Source: Cycas panzhihuaensis (lineage: Eukaryota; Plantae; Cycadophyta). From it: 64,000 bases of DNA. Each line of letters starts with the position of its first letter. The first letter of the stretch is position 1. A program made the position numbers and the translations under genes. This document shows, piece after piece, positions 12,504 to 26,438 of this stretch. The stretch lies in contig CM041465.1 in NCBI GenBank assembly GCA_023213395.1, positions 199,337,741-199,401,740 of the forward strand, given 5' to 3'. The notes below the pieces were generated by a model that was given only the letters and a program-made list of their open reading frames with translations, ran no database searches and was not told the origin of the DNA.

Positions 12504-14960
12504 TCCTTATTCTAACTTTATTTAAAGCATGTAATCCAAACTTATTCTTGTTATAGAAAAAGAAAAACTATATATAAAATAAAAAATATTCTAAATTTAA
12601 GTAATAATGGATTATAATACAACCCACTAACAAAGATAGAGAATGTCTTTACCTCAATCCTTCATAGTTTAAAAGTAGGATTTATAATCCTTTTCATGAT
12701 TTTCAGAGGCTACTAGTTATAAGATGCAAAAGTATGATGATGAAGAAATAAAGCTTCTTTTTCAAGTACTAACATATAAGGGTGGTATCCTTTCTTGTAT
12801 AAGAATCCTTCATTTAAGATCTTAGGTTTATATCCTAATCTTAAAGATTACTCTTTCCTTTTATGAAAAGGTTTAGGATAGAAATCACTCTTCAGATAGA
12901 GGCTCATATACTATAAATAACAGTTAGATTGTTCCAAGTCATAAACTCCTTAGAATAAAAATAAATTAACTTCTATAATGGCTTGTTCATCCTCCTTCAA
13001 TGTAAGTGGTAAGATTTTATCCTCCTGATTTATCTCTTACGTCATTCTTTTAGGAGGTCCCTCCTGAGCAATCTCATCACTTTCTACATTGTTAGAATTA
13101 AAAAATGGTTCTAAAAAAATAATCCTATCATGAATTTCATTTGTATTCAACTATATTAAGCCTTGATCTATGGCTAGACTCTCAACTTCTCCTTACCCAT
13201 ATATTTGAGGTTATTCATTAGCAGTAATAATATCAAAAAAATCTTTATATTCTTTCATGAATGACAAAATTTACTTGTCATATCGGTACAATTGCTAATG
13301 ACCAATATAATCTAATGTAAAAGCTCTTGCACTAATTTTAGCCAATCCTTATTCATTAAGAAATCCATGAGTCCCATTAGACATAGAAAAGTCATATTAG
13401 AAGATTAGGATATAATGTTAATACTTAATCCCTTAAATCTTACTTTATCATAACACAACTCCCTAATTGGTTCTTGTTGATTCAAATTTATCTCATATTT
13501 ATCTTCTTCAACAATAAGCAAAGAATGAATCTCAAGCTCAGTTAAAATAATGTGTATCCTTTAGGCCATGCATATTTAGAGTCAAATCTTCACTTATTTT
13601 ATCTAATTTCTTAGGAACTTCAATAATCTTTTACTCAACACCATATGGGCCTCCTATCCTAACTTGAGATCTAGTCAAGACTACTAAATCATTCGAGACA
13701 AGCTTTGGTTCCTCATTTCCCTCAAAAGAGGCTTTAAGAACTTTGTAGCCTAATGCTAATATATATTCGTCATCTTCCAAATGACCCAATTGAGTGTCAT
13801 ATGGAATACCTTGATTATTTATAAATATGGCATCAAATTCGTTTACCCACCTAGTGAGAATCGTCTATTGTTCAGGTTTTCTTAATGTAGAATCAACTAG
13901 AGGCTCATTTTCTTGGGCTTATATTTTCTAATATTGTACCTCATTATTCAATCTCCTAATAAAGGAATAAGTCTAATAACTATTATTATAATGGATCACC
14001 TAGGCCTCCTTGTATTATGGTATTATAGGTTAAGGAATATTCATGCCAAGATTATTCATCATCCTTTTAATATTTAACATTAAAGCCTTGGTTTAATATA
14101 GTATTTTAGGGAGCCTATATACCAATAACACTCTAGTTTCATAATCTAATCTATTAAGGAACCACTCCAATTGTGCCTCACTAGCTAGACTTTGAGTAAG
14201 GGTTGTGGACCTTACTATTCTTTTAAATCATTCAATAAAGGAAGAAATAATTTCCCCTAAACCCCTCCTTGTAGTGGATAGTTCTTTTGTTAAAGAGGCA
14301 GTGGATTTTAACTTATAATATTTGGGTCTAAAAGCATTCATTAGGCTTTACTAAATGGTAATGGGCCCATTGTATAAATCTTAAAACCATTCAACTATAT
14401 AACCTTTGAAAAAATGAACAAATATGCTAACAATAACATCTATCTAATAATGTTGAATTTATTATATATCATAGAAAATTGCTCCATTTATTTCTCCCTA
14501 GTCATTGAATTATTTCTAAAATTTCTTGGGTATACATCTGAAGGCTTATTTGGTACATCATGAAGATCATTGCCCAGATATAGAGGATTCCTAATCGTTT
14601 AGGGCAAATTTTCCTCTTCAATGACCCTTCTCTAATTCTTTATAACATTTTTCCATGAAGGATTAAATCCATAATTATTCTTTACCATCTCCTACCTCAA
14701 ATAGATTGCCTTTTCTATAATGGAGGCCAAAGAACTTCTAAATTTTCCCATATATTTATTTAATAAAACCTTTTATCCTTAGTGTTAAGGAGTTTGGAAC
14801 ATCCTCCCTAGAATCTCTCCTCCATTTGAGAATGGATAAAGGGCCTTCTAAGTAAAGGACCTCATAGGCTTTGGTTCTAGACTTTATCTTCAAGTAATAG
14901 AAACAAAAAGTATTATATAAAGAAAGAAGAAAACATGTATATACAAGATTGAATTGAGAA
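12504..14960 (-). pseudogene. Internal region of element A: degenerate gag plus PR-RT linker and integrase stubs
   Basis: NDLHDVPNKPSDVYP (gag), LNTNEIHDRIIFLEPFFNSN (linker) and YLKSDFYP...EGFLYKKGYHPYMLVLEKE (fused integrase stubs). No RT or RNase H motifs seen. Confidence 0.7.
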
Positions 14961-14978
14961 TTGGTTCAAAACGTTTCC

Positions 14979-14996
14979 TCCCTAGTATAGTCTCCA
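14979..14996 (-). other. Primer binding site (tRNA-Arg-like) of element A
   Basis: Minus strand reads tggagactatactaggga, 1 nt after the LTR end ...aaca. Confidence 0.7.
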
Positions 14997-14997
14997 A

Positions 14998-17828
14998 TGT
15001 TGTTTCTTGCACTACTAATTAAAAATGTTCCTTATGCTCAGTCTAAGGTGCAGTATGAATTACTATTCTATATGTTCAAAGGGCTTAACACAAAGGAAGC
15101 ATAGAACTCTTGGGTAGATTAAATTGATATGAAGGAATAATAAACTTTATATAATTCATCTACTAGTGATAGGTTTAATCCCTTAATCTCCCTATCTATT
15201 GCATGAATCTAATAGCACTATAGGTCAATGTCTTAAATAGCTTAAGTATACCTAGTAAGAAAAGACCTCTAGTAAAGTGACATCCTAAAGATAATGAATA
15301 AAAGAAAATAAAGGTGTTAGTGCCATAACAAACTTGCTTATAGTCATAAATCACTAGCCTCTTACCAAATGTTTTGATGATGCTAATAGGTGGGAACAAG
15401 AAATAAAATGAAGAGAAACAAGTATTGATATTATGACAGACATGTATATAGTCACAACATACTAGCCTCTCACAAAATCTTTTACTAGTATCAGCATATA
15501 TAATATAAGAAAGGAGTCATATACTCTCAACAACCTAAAATTAAATAATATGATGTAACTGACATAACCTTGCATGCATTGACATAATTGTTAACAATGG
15601 ATTTTGAGGAGATTATAAAAAGAAACTCTTAATACACAATGGACACAAATGTAGAATAAGTCTCTGATATTAAAGAAAATAACTCGTTCATTCTGAAACC
15701 ATCAACCAAACTTCATAACAGAGTAAGAGGTAAATGATAATATTTTATTAATTCTTAGAGTAAACTATATTATAATGATATAAATCTAAACTCTTTTTAT
15801 AATTTGAATAGAAAGAAATATCCAAGTGAAAATGTCAAACCAGTATAACTCTCTAATTTAAACTACTAATAAAATCTTATAAAATCTTCAACAACTAAGT
15901 CTTTCTTACTATAGAAACTTGTAGATTTTCTAATCTATTGGATGTAAAGTCTACTTCACTATTACATACAAATAATAAAAGAACAAGAATATAAAGGATA
16001 GTCAAGAAAAGAGACAAGTAGAAGAAGAATGATTTAGACCCATGACATGTGCTCATAAGGAGAATATAATAGCTAGGAAATGTATCAAGTTGAACTCAAC
16101 TATATTTTGTTCAACTAGAGGGGGGGTGGGGGTGAGAATTTCTCCTTCCAAAATTTCCATTGAGGGGGAGGTAGAAAAAGAAAAAGAAGAAGTTATTGTT
16201 CTCACTTAAGTCTTTTATACTATTTCACTACACGATCCACTATCATCGATTTGTCAACAACCTTCACACTAAGGCAACTATTATGTTAAAAAATTAATTA
16301 GCCATTACTCAAATTCTTCACACTTTCTTGAATACCAAGAACATATGTGTCAATTTATGAGATTCCATAATACAAGTATCAGACAAGTCTAGCTTCAATA
16401 ATTGAGTGCTTGATTATCAATGCTATGATATTTTATTATTACATATAAGCCAGTAACTTATTAGTTAATAGGAGAAAAATTGATGAAAATGCACTCCATT
16501 GACCTTTGTCCCCCACTTTATCATGACTACCACTTCTATTTGGCATTACTTTTATTATATGTTGTTATTGTGCATTCAACTCTACTTTGTAAGTTTTAAA
16601 ATATTCAACCGATGATTCTAGAGAGATCAGCATTTTCATATTAGGTACTAGCTCAATTTGAGTTGATCTTGTTAGGTACTAACTCAATTTGAGATTATCT
16701 CATTTTCCATAATCAATTGCTAGCTCTTTAATCTACTATAAATGTATCAACCTTTATATCTATCAAGCTGGTCATGGAATCACCCATGTAATACATGTCA
16801 CCTTCTTTATACTAAACCTACTATATGAAGTAACCTTTTCCCTCTTCAACTCTCTCTAGCTCCATGCATTAATTTTTATTTTTACCTTGTACATTCTCTA
16901 TAATTATCCCTTAACTCTAATTTATCCAAATATACTCATGGCATTGAATATAGGAATTAAGGCATATATCATGGCCACTCCAAAATTTATCAACCTTACT
17001 ATTATATATTTATTTCTCATAAGTTGTCTATCACCTCATATTCATTCTTGTGTCAGTCTTATCAATAATTATAAGGATACTAGAGTGCTGTCAAGATTGA
17101 CATTTAATATTTCATTACATTCATCTAATTAATGTCTTAAATATAATCTTATTCTTATTTATCCTTTATTCCTTACTGGGAATCCTCTTTCATAAGGCTT
17201 CCCTTTTGCATGTATGTTTAAGTTATAAGTATTTCACTTTGCAAGGATTTAATTCTTTAGGTGCGCAATCCTTTATCAAGTCTTTTGGTTATAAAAATAT
17301 AAGCTCACATGCTTATCGCCTACAAAGTCCTTTTTATAATATTCATCTCTTGAAGGAAAATCCAAACCCTACAATATTTGGAAGGAAAACCCAAACATGT
17401 ATTTATAATACTTTTCTTGAAAATACATCATCCCACAATCTTCCCTTCCTATTAGATGGTCCCCCATGAGTTATGTCATCTTCTCTCTCATTGCTTTATA
17501 TTCCAACTTTTCATGGGTGGGGAAAGCAACCCTTCTCTATAAGTTATCCTTCTTGTAAGTATCCAATCCTATAGAACTTCCTTCCTTGGGTAATCACTTC
17601 AGAATAAAGTCATATACATGTGAGACCTACCTTTCACAAGGAAGGTATATTATGAGAACTTCACATAAAGGTTTTTTCTCATTTAAACATTCCTTATCTT
17701 ATAAACCAATCATCCCATAAACTTCCACTTGCTATATGATATTGCCTTAAATACTTAGATTAATGATCCAATGCTGTCATCTCTAATTCAACTCTAAAAT
17801 CTTAGTGTTACACCCCAAAGGGGTAATA
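14998..17828 (-). repeat. 5' LTR of element A
   Basis: Colinear with 9761-12503. Minus-strand start tattacccctttggggtgtaac matches the LTR start of element B (tattacctttttaggatgtaac). Confidence 0.9.
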
Positions 17829-19300
17829 GTGTGCCTTGGATTCATTTACATCCAGATAGAGGACATGGTACTTATGGTTAAATATTTAATCTAACTCTAG
17901 AAAGTGATATGCCATGGTAGATCTTATTGTGAATTTTGATATACAATGGTTAACATCTAAGGTTAAAAGACTAGAGAAATCTCATATTAGGCCACCTTAT
18001 ACTCTACTTAAATAAGGTTAATATCAAATGTTTATTGGTTTCTTATTCCATTTGGAGAGCTTATTACTCTTTAAATAAGTTCCTAATCTAGTCTAGTAAC
18101 TTAATACAATATGGTTCTACATCTTAGAATATTTTCCTCTAACAGTCTTAGGTGTTGGTATAGAACATTAAAGAGGAATTTCTTTAGTTTAATAGCTTTT
18201 TGATATGTGTTTTAGCTAATTTAATTCATGGAAAACTAGTCAAGTTAAGTATGGTTTTCCATTATCTCACACCTTCTTGTTTGGTTAGTTCATAGAGAAC
18301 ATTAAGGAAAAACACGGTATTTATATGTACATCCCTATAATACCCATCTTGTAAGTGGATTTATTTTGGGATCTTAAAACTCCTTTCTCATACTTTTACA
18401 TAAAAAAGATGTATAAGTTATTGCTTCCTTATTTAAACTCAATGGTGGTAGGCTCACTAGTATTTACAACTATGTAGATCCCAAGGCTTCTTGGCTCAAG
18501 CACATTTATACCATTTGGGATATGATGATGGTGTATAAAGAAAGTCTCTTTCTTTAGATCATTCCATAAAATGGTCTAATGATAGGTATTGATTCCCTAT
18601 GATTGAAGTTCTAATCACATTCCCTTTCTGAAGCTAGGATAAATGGATTTTTCATACTTTTTGAAGCTATATTTTAATTAGTTAAATTTGGTTGGAGTTA
18701 TAGTTTAGAACCTCATCCCTCTACTTTAAGGGTTTTGAGGCCACAACAATTTTATTTGGGAACATTACTACTTTTTACAAAGGATTTCATAAATCCTAGC
18801 ATATATTATGAACTAAAATTCTTTGGCATAATTAGAAAATATATAATCATACTCTATTTAATTAGGAAGCCCCTCCTAGTCCTTTTAATTTCTTCTTTAG
18901 ATTAATATCTATTCTTATATTATAAATAGAAGTAGTTCTAAAAGTACTTACACTCAAGGGTAAGATACTAAAGAAACTCTTTGCTTATATCTCTACTTTT
19001 ATTATAGTCTTTGAAGATTCTTTAGGCATGCTTTACCATCCCTCTACCATGGGTTGGGATAAAGGCAAAAGTTTTAGTTTTAGTGGCCATGGCTCAAGAA
19101 TGTTGCCATTATCTCCCCCTTAACTCTCCATTCTAGGAACTGTAGGGAATTAGACCATATTTCCCCCTTGCCTATTCTATTTTATTTCATTCCTTGGCAT
19201 ATCCCATCTTTTATATGAAATTATATCTCTATTCTACCTATTGACTCAAATTGTGTTATTTCTTCTATGATCATTAAGGAAGAAATATATGCTACTTGTG
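17829..19300 (+). pseudogene. Old LINE ORF2, piece 4 (post-RT GGLG motif, zf-RVT-like region, C-terminus)
   Basis: LGFIYIQ...LMVKY, ESDMPW*ILL, IWDMMMVYKESLF..NGL and LWHN*KIYNHTLFN (~LW.IW..RN...FN). 3' end approximate. Confidence 0.75.
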
Positions 19301-19444
19301 ATTTTAACACTAATCTACAAATCCCTCCAAAGAAAATGAAGAAGTAGTTGAAGGATGTACCCTCCATTTTTTTTTTTCTAATGACTTTGGTTCTATACTA
19401 AGGAGTAGCTAAAACTTATACCTTCTTTATACTTTTCTCTTATT

Positions 19445-19652
19445 TTATATGGACTATAGTTATTAGAGTGAGATTTATAGGGAAAATTAATTTGGAGCCC
19501 AATGATTTTAGGAACCCTATGCAGGTGCAATCCCACTTGACTTAACTCAAATAAGAAATATACATAAAAATAAAAATAAGATAAATATTTATACATACTA
19601 ATTAATTAAATAATTTTGGTCAAGTCAACCTTAAGTGTCATGGTGTATGTCA
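19445..19652 (-). repeat. 3' LTR of host chromovirus
   Basis: Similar to 43181-43388; adjacent ccctcccct is the antisense PPT. Ends are approximate. Confidence 0.7.
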
Positions 19653-19659
19653 TGCCCTC

Positions 19660-20870
19660 CCCTATTAATTAAAGAGCTTTACATATAAAGCTTAAGATGA
19701 TCATCAATATAGTAGTGTGCTTGTTATATTATATTTTTTACTAGAAATCCCTTCCATTTGAGAAGATATTTTGTAATTGTCCTTGATTTAAGATTCTTTT
19801 AATAAGTTTTAATGATGTTTTCTAATTCAATAATGACCTTCCCTTCTTTGTCTCTAATTGGTAAGTTTATTATTATGATGATATTGTAGCCTACCTTCTT
19901 CTTTAGGATGGACATGTGGAAGACATATGGATCCTACTATGATGAAGAAGATCCAAAATATAAGCTACTATATGTATTCTCTTTTATATATGAAATGATC
20001 CATAAAATCATGATGCAAGCTTAAATTTCCCTTGTTATCTTAAAGAAGTTTATTTGTATGATTGTAAATGCATATACACATAATCTCTAGTATTAAATTT
20101 TCTTTATATTTGATGTTGGTGTGATTGTTATTTCATTTAATTTCTTGCCTTTCTATAGTTAATTTTAAGTTCTTTGAGTATTTATTTAGCTTGTTGAATC
20201 ATTTCTAAGGTGGTTGAGATATGGGCAGTTATTTATACTTAATCTACTAGAATAGGAGATTTATATCTATATAATGAAGTGGAGGTCATTTGGACTATGG
20301 AATTTTATGTTATATTATGCTAATATTCAATTATATAGTTCTATTTTACTCACTTAATTTGGTTATCTCCTATGAAATAATAAAAATATATTTCTAAATA
20401 TTTGTCAATGACTTTTATATGTCCATCTATTTAGGGGTGGTATGATATATTCATAGCAAGTTTGGTGCCTATATGTTTAAAGATTTCCTTCTAGAAGTTA
20501 TTGGTGAACTTGGGGTCTCTATTAAAGATAATGTTTTTAGGGTACCAATGAAGTTTATAGATATTCCTCATAAATATCTTAGCTACCTACAATACATTAT
20601 AATTAGATTATATAGGTGTGAAGTGGCCATATTTCATAAGGTAATTTAGAGTTACAAAATTCACATTCTTTCCTTTTGATTTGGATAATACCATGATGAA
20701 ATCCATCGTGAGTTCTTCTTGCTTTCATTGGAGAATTGAAAGTGGTTATAAGATTCCAAGGTGTTATATGGATTTAAACATTTTTCTTTAGCTTGTGTTA
20801 TATTTAACTATGTACTTTCTAATATCTTCATTTATTCCTTTCAAAAAAATGATCACCTAACTGTTGGATA
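19660..20870 (-). pseudogene. Host chromovirus integrase and chromodomain
   Basis: KLAS*FYGSF...VAY.L...VFHMSILKK (GPY/F module) and TKYLLKWKGF (chromodomain). Confidence 0.85.
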
Positions 20871-21383
20871 TATTGAACACCTTACAAGTATTACATGGGT
20901 ATAGGTGTTACACTCAAGCCTCTTTATGGGGTATAGGGGCCCATTGTAGGGCTCCTGATTAGGGGGTTTAAGGGGCCAATGGCCCCCCAAGCAGGAGTTC
21001 AGGGGCAAGAGCCCCCAAGAAAAGTTTTTAAGTGTCTTATTGGGGTCTTTTTCAACCCATGGTTTATGCCCATTATATTATAAAATTACAAGGTAGTATC
21101 TTGTAAAGTTATATCTATATATTATTATGTAATGACACATGTAAAAGGTTGGATGAGTCTTTGATGAGTCGATGAGAATATTTGGGGTTTTCATCTCTAT
21201 AATTCTTCAGTTGTTTCTCATATTAATAAAATGTCTATGCTTAGACCTGAATCTCTTCGTGTTCTTTGTTGTGTGCTTGCTTTATTTATTCTTTACATGG
21301 TTTAGAGTTTTGTTAATATATTGATTTTGTAATTCCATTTTCTCTTCCCTAACCTTATCATTGGTCTTCAAGAATCTCAAACA
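20871..21383 (+). repeat. Solo LTR (Copia-like) inserted in the integrase zinc-binding region
   Basis: tattgaacac...ctcaaaca. Start, GC hairpin module and 3' half are similar to 42379-42914. Host frame continues on both sides. Confidence 0.75.
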
Positions 21384-21597
21384 GCCTACTCATGGTACTT
21401 GATGATGTTCCTAAAGGATGTTATTTCTAATGGTTAGAATATTAGGGATGCATATTGTATCTTTGTACATTATCTCCATTAATTCTCTAGATCTAGTTAG
21501 TTGTTCTATTTTTACACTACTTAAGGAGTGCACTAACTCATACATCACTTGAATATCCTCATTAGAGCTCATCTATCCATGAGGGTTGTATAGTTAT
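21384..21597 (-). pseudogene. Host chromovirus RNase H-integrase linker
   Basis: TIQPSWIDEL...YKDTICIPNILTIRNNIL*EHHQVP*VG. Confidence 0.75.
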
Positions 21598-23390
21598 TAT
21601 TACCTTTTTAGGATGTAACTCTAAAGACTTCTCTAATTCTTAGGATACTGATGTAGATTATAATAGTATAAGAAGAAGTTTAATTTTATTGTGCATTTAT
21701 GTAATAATAATTTTGGAACATGGTTGAGAGAAGAAATAGATGAAATTCATTGCAATGTTAAGGATTTTTAGGATTGTTGGTTTGATTACCTAAATAAAGA
21801 GTCCATAAAATATTTTAATTATGGAATAAAGGGCTTTGAAAGGGAGCCTCTATATAAATTTTTACAATCCAACTTTCTCATGAAATGGTTCTCCCATAAG
21901 AGGGTTCATCTAGAAGTATTCCCTGATAAAGGAAAGTCTCATGGGGATAAAATCTTATAAGGAAAAGAATTTATAAGAGAAAGTAATAGAATTTATACGA
22001 GAAAATAAGCTTTTTACCTATGAAAGGGCTACAATAGACAAAGATGAATGAGCAATTGAGATGATTAGCTAAGAGGTCATTTTGTAAGAACAACACTAAA
22101 ACAATAGGCAAAAGAGTAAAAGGAGTCATGCATGAGGCATTCTTACACAAAGGTAGTTCACTCAAATATATTAATACAACAGTAGAATTTTACAGGTAAC
22201 ATGAGTGCAAGTTTATAGGTTAACATTTGAATATACAATAAAAGAATTTAACACCCATAAGAAAGCAACCCCACAAAGACTCATTCCTATGTTCTAACAC
22301 TCAATCAAAGGAAATTAAGTTTAGTCATTGAATCAAATTGCTCTAATTAAATCATGGCTATCGAATCTTAGATTGAATCTTCATAGCCTATTTTGACAAT
22401 ATAAAGGGAAGCATTTAGTCTCTAACACCTATCAAATTATGCAACCTATAATAAATAGAATAATAACTTGAAGTGTATTACATGATTAAAATAAGATGCA
22501 ATTATTAGGCTAACCTGCTTCCCCCTTTTCTTTTAATATTTTTTCATAACTAAATACAGTAAATTTAGGAGGATATAAATATAAGAGGGTAGTGAATTTT
22601 ATAATTTTAAAAAGTAATTAATCACTTATATTACTCCAACTAGCCAAACCCATAAGCCATTTATCCTCAAATGGTAGTATGTGTTAAAATTTGGTATTAA
22701 AATGATAAAGTTATTGAGAGAGACTAAGGAGGTCAATGAGATCATAGATCTTCTTATGCTTAATCTCATATTTATTATTACTTTACTTGATCTATGCATG
22801 TTAAAGGACTTAAAAGTGATAGATAGAAATGCCTTTTGTGATCCAATGGCTAGCAAAATAGATTTAAAGTGGTAGCAACTAAACTTTAGTTGAGGGGTTC
22901 CACCACTAGGGTGGAAGGATAGAACTTTAACTTGGAATTCCAACCAAGTGATTCTAAACAACTTGTTGAAAGAATAAAAACAAGATCAAAAGCTACCGCC
23001 TTTTGAGGAGTAGGTTTATAGGCTAAAAGGGTTGATGGAAAGATTCAAACTTCAACTAATTTAAAATTTACATAAGAGGACAGTGGTGAAGTTAGGTCTA
23101 TTACAATTAATTCCAATTCTTTAGACTCCTTAAGAGTAGAAAATTGTTATTTATTAGTATTTGTTTTATACCTCTTTCTGAAATAAGCATAGTACTAGTA
23201 CTAATAGCATAATTTAAGGAAGCACTAAAGATACCTATCTTCTAGTGGATATTGAGTCACTATCCAGGGTACTAGTATACTTTTAAATTTTGGGAAGGTA
23301 GGGAAGATAGAATTTATGGCTAATTGATCTCCTAAAATTAGAAGTATTTTTAAAATTATTATCATTCTTATACAACATAGTCATCCAACA
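21598..23390 (+). repeat. 5' LTR of element B, first part
   Basis: Colinear with 35531-37080. Confidence 0.9.
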
Positions 23391-23774
23391 TGTTGTTTCT
23401 TCACACAGGGGCTCCTTGAAATGGCAGAAAGTAAATGATTTTCAACCTCTTTATCTAACCAGAAATAAGCAAGTAGGTTACCAAAGAGATTGAGAGTACA
23501 AGAGCATTAATTGATCACCAAATGGGAGCACTAGAGTATAATTCTTATAAGAAGAGTAATAACAAGTTAACCATCTTCTATAATTCACAACCCTTAAATA
23601 GATAAAAGAGGGTCTTTTCTGAGCAATCCTATTGGTGGCCCAAGTGGCCTTAAATTTTATTAGATAGCTTAGTAACCTATGCACAAAGTTTTATGACTAA
23701 CATTATCACTTAACTATATGGTATCTCTCAATATATTAATACTTTACATAACTAACAAGATTAGTTATGTAATA
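23391..23774 (-). repeat. 3' LTR of element C
   Basis: Direct repeat of 31934-32264, which lacks ~55 bp. Confidence 0.9.
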
Positions 23775-23789
23775 AGTCCCCCCCTCTGA

Positions 23790-26438
23790 GATGCTAAGTC
23801 TTTAAAGCATTTGAGGTGAGGATGTTACTTGATAAAATCATCAAATTCCCAAGTTACTTCATCTAAGATGCAGCCAATCCATTATATTAAATATTCAAAA
23901 ATAAATTGATTCTAGAGATGGAATTATCTATAAGCTAGGATATATTTTAAGGGGATGGTAAAGCATTATTCTTCATCCAAAATTGGTAAAATTGTTTAGG
24001 GGACATGGGTTTTACTAAGACACTTTCAAAGATAGGAAACATAAAAAACATTGTAGATTTTTATGGTAGGAGGAAGGTCGAGGGTGTATGCAACTTCACT
24101 AATATATTTAAGGACTTTATATGGGCCATAACACTAAGGGCTAATCTTTTGGTTCTTATGATTTCAAATGGATTACTACTTATATGGTTACAGAGAAATG
24201 AACACAAAATCATGTTGAAGGAGTGATCTAAAGGTCTACAAATTACTTCATTCAATTATAGACCATAGATAAATTTTATTTGAAGATGTTAAGAATCTAG
24301 TCCATGTGTTATAATTTATGTTAGACTACAACAATGCAAAGGTTGGTGGCTAAGGTGTGATGAAAAGGTGGAGATACCCATAGAAAGTAAAAAATGGGGG
24401 CATTCCAATGGCTAAAAGATGTGATAAGATGCACCAGTATTTAGCCAAGGCTATCCATACTATACACTTGGACTGGTGGTCGAATATAAAATAATGTAAA
24501 TAAGTCTTTAGAGTTTTGTTAAGGACCTTCGATTAGCTATCAATCTATGGATAATATGTAAAGGTCATTTTAAATGATGTTCCATAGGCTTTGAAGAGTT
24601 CCTACCAGAATGAATGGGTGAATTTAGGGTCCTAATTACACACAATAGTGGATGGAAATCCATGTAAGTGGAATACTATTTAAAGGTAAATGTGTATGGT
24701 ATGAAGTGTCTTGTAAGCAGTGTAGATAAGCAAAAAAAAAAAAAAAATCAACTTATCAATGACTACTAAAATAAAGTCATAACTGGTAGATAGAGGTAAT
24801 CCAATGATAAAGTCCATGGCAATATCTTACCATTTACCTTATAAGATGTACAAAGATTATAAGAGGCCTAGTTGGGGTCTAGTATCTACTTTATTACACT
24901 AGTAAGTATCGCATTTTGAGATAAATATGAGGATGGTTAACTTCATAACCAACCAAAAGAAGTCTAAACAAATCCTACAATATTTCTTATCGAATCATGA
25001 ATGACCAACTAGTGAAGAGGAGTGATATTTAGATAAAATTCTAGGAATTAAAACTAACTAAAGGTGTACAAATATGTTATTTTAGTATAATAAGAGATTT
25101 TTATGGATGGACCAATTCTTTTATGTATCGACCTTATTAACCCAATGTGGAAAGTTTGGTTGGAATTAGTTATCCAAGGTTAAGTCTTATATCCATGTTG
25201 GTTGTAGAGTTAAAATGGCATTAATAACAAAATCCTCAAGTTGACGAGTGGTCTCATCGGGTGTAATGGTTAGTAAGCAAGAAAGAGCATCTACCACTAT
25301 ATTGTCCTTGTCTTTCTTTTAGGTAATTGTAAAGTCAAGAACCTAAAGGTGATCAACCCATTTATCCTATTCTTTTGAAAGGATTTGGTTGGTCCAGTAG
25401 ACTGGCTATGATGGTCGATGAGAATGGTAAATTTTGATCTAATTAGATATTGTCACCATTTGTTGATGGTATGGAGGATTATCTACATTTCCTTTTAGTA
25501 GGTGGAAAGTATACATTCATGTTCCTTAAGTTTCCTACTTTCAAAGGCAATGGGGTGGAATTCTTACATTAATATGACACCTAGTCTAATTCTAGATGTA
25601 GCATATTCTAATTAGAACAGACAAGTAAAGGCTAGTGTAGCCAAAACTTAGGTGGTTATCATGACCTCCTTAAGGTGGAAGAATATCACATTAGTAAAGG
25701 GAGACCACTAGAAAGAATCTTTCTTAAGCAAGTTAATTAAATGGGTTGTTAGGGCTACATAATTTTAGACAAACTATTGATAGAATCTAATGAGTCCTAA
25801 GAAGGCCCATAATTGGGTAAGGGTTTTGGGGGTTGCCCAATTAATGATGATTGAAATCTTATTAGGATCTACTTGAACTCCTGTGGATGATATAATATGG
25901 CTAAGGTATTGTAGTTTATTTTTTCCAAGCTCAATTTAGAGAATTTAGCATATAACTTATTCACCGACAAAATTTAGAGAACTATGTCTAAGTGGTTTAT
26001 ATGGGAAGACATGTTTAAGCTATAGATAAGAATGTCGTCAAAAATAATAATGAAGAAATTTCTTAAATATAGAGAGAATGTATTATCCATTAATGCTTGA
26101 AATGTAGTTAGAGCATTACATAAGCCAAACGACATGACTTGAAACTTAAAATGGCCATGGTAAGTTTGAAAGGTTATTTTGTTCAGTCTTCTAGTAGAAT
26201 GGGGATCTGGTAATACCCCAACTATAGATCTAGTTTGGTAAAGACCATGGCACCATAGATCTCATCTAACATATCATTGAATCATCATGTAGGGAATTTG
26301 TTTTTTATGGTTATTTTATTTAATTCACAATAGTCAACACAAAGTTGAAATGAACCATCCTTTTTGTAAACTAATACAATGGGTGTAGTGTATGGGCTCT
26401 TACTGGGTTGGATGATGCCCATGTTTATTAATTCTTTT
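23790..26438 (-). pseudogene. Element C RT-RNase H-integrase-chromodomain
   Basis: KELINMGIIQPSKSPY, FDDILIYS, NIVVDALS, IAMDFIIGLP and EYLI*WIG..DEVTWE. Confidence 0.9.

Larger units (their letters stand above)
9761..17828 (-). mobile_element. Tat/Ogre-like Ty3/Gypsy non-autonomous derivative A (giant LTRs, gag plus pol stubs)
   Basis: Two ~2.75 kb diverged direct repeats. Minus-strand PBS ttggagactatactaggga (~tRNA-Arg type TGGCGACTCCACTGGGGA) next to the right LTR; PPT aaggagg next to the left LTR. Internal gag-like NDLHDVPNKPSDVYPR. Confidence 0.85.

Noticed and set aside
9756-17833. TSD for element A
   Set aside because: Flanks ggcaa and gtgtg do not match; not claimed. TSDs of the two solo LTRs and the host chromovirus are also unresolved.
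21293-21310. ttaca-tggtttagag looked like an LTR end plus PBS
   Set aside because: Similarity to the solo LTR at 42379-42914 continues to tcaaaca at 21383, where the host frame resumes, so this motif is internal to the LTR.
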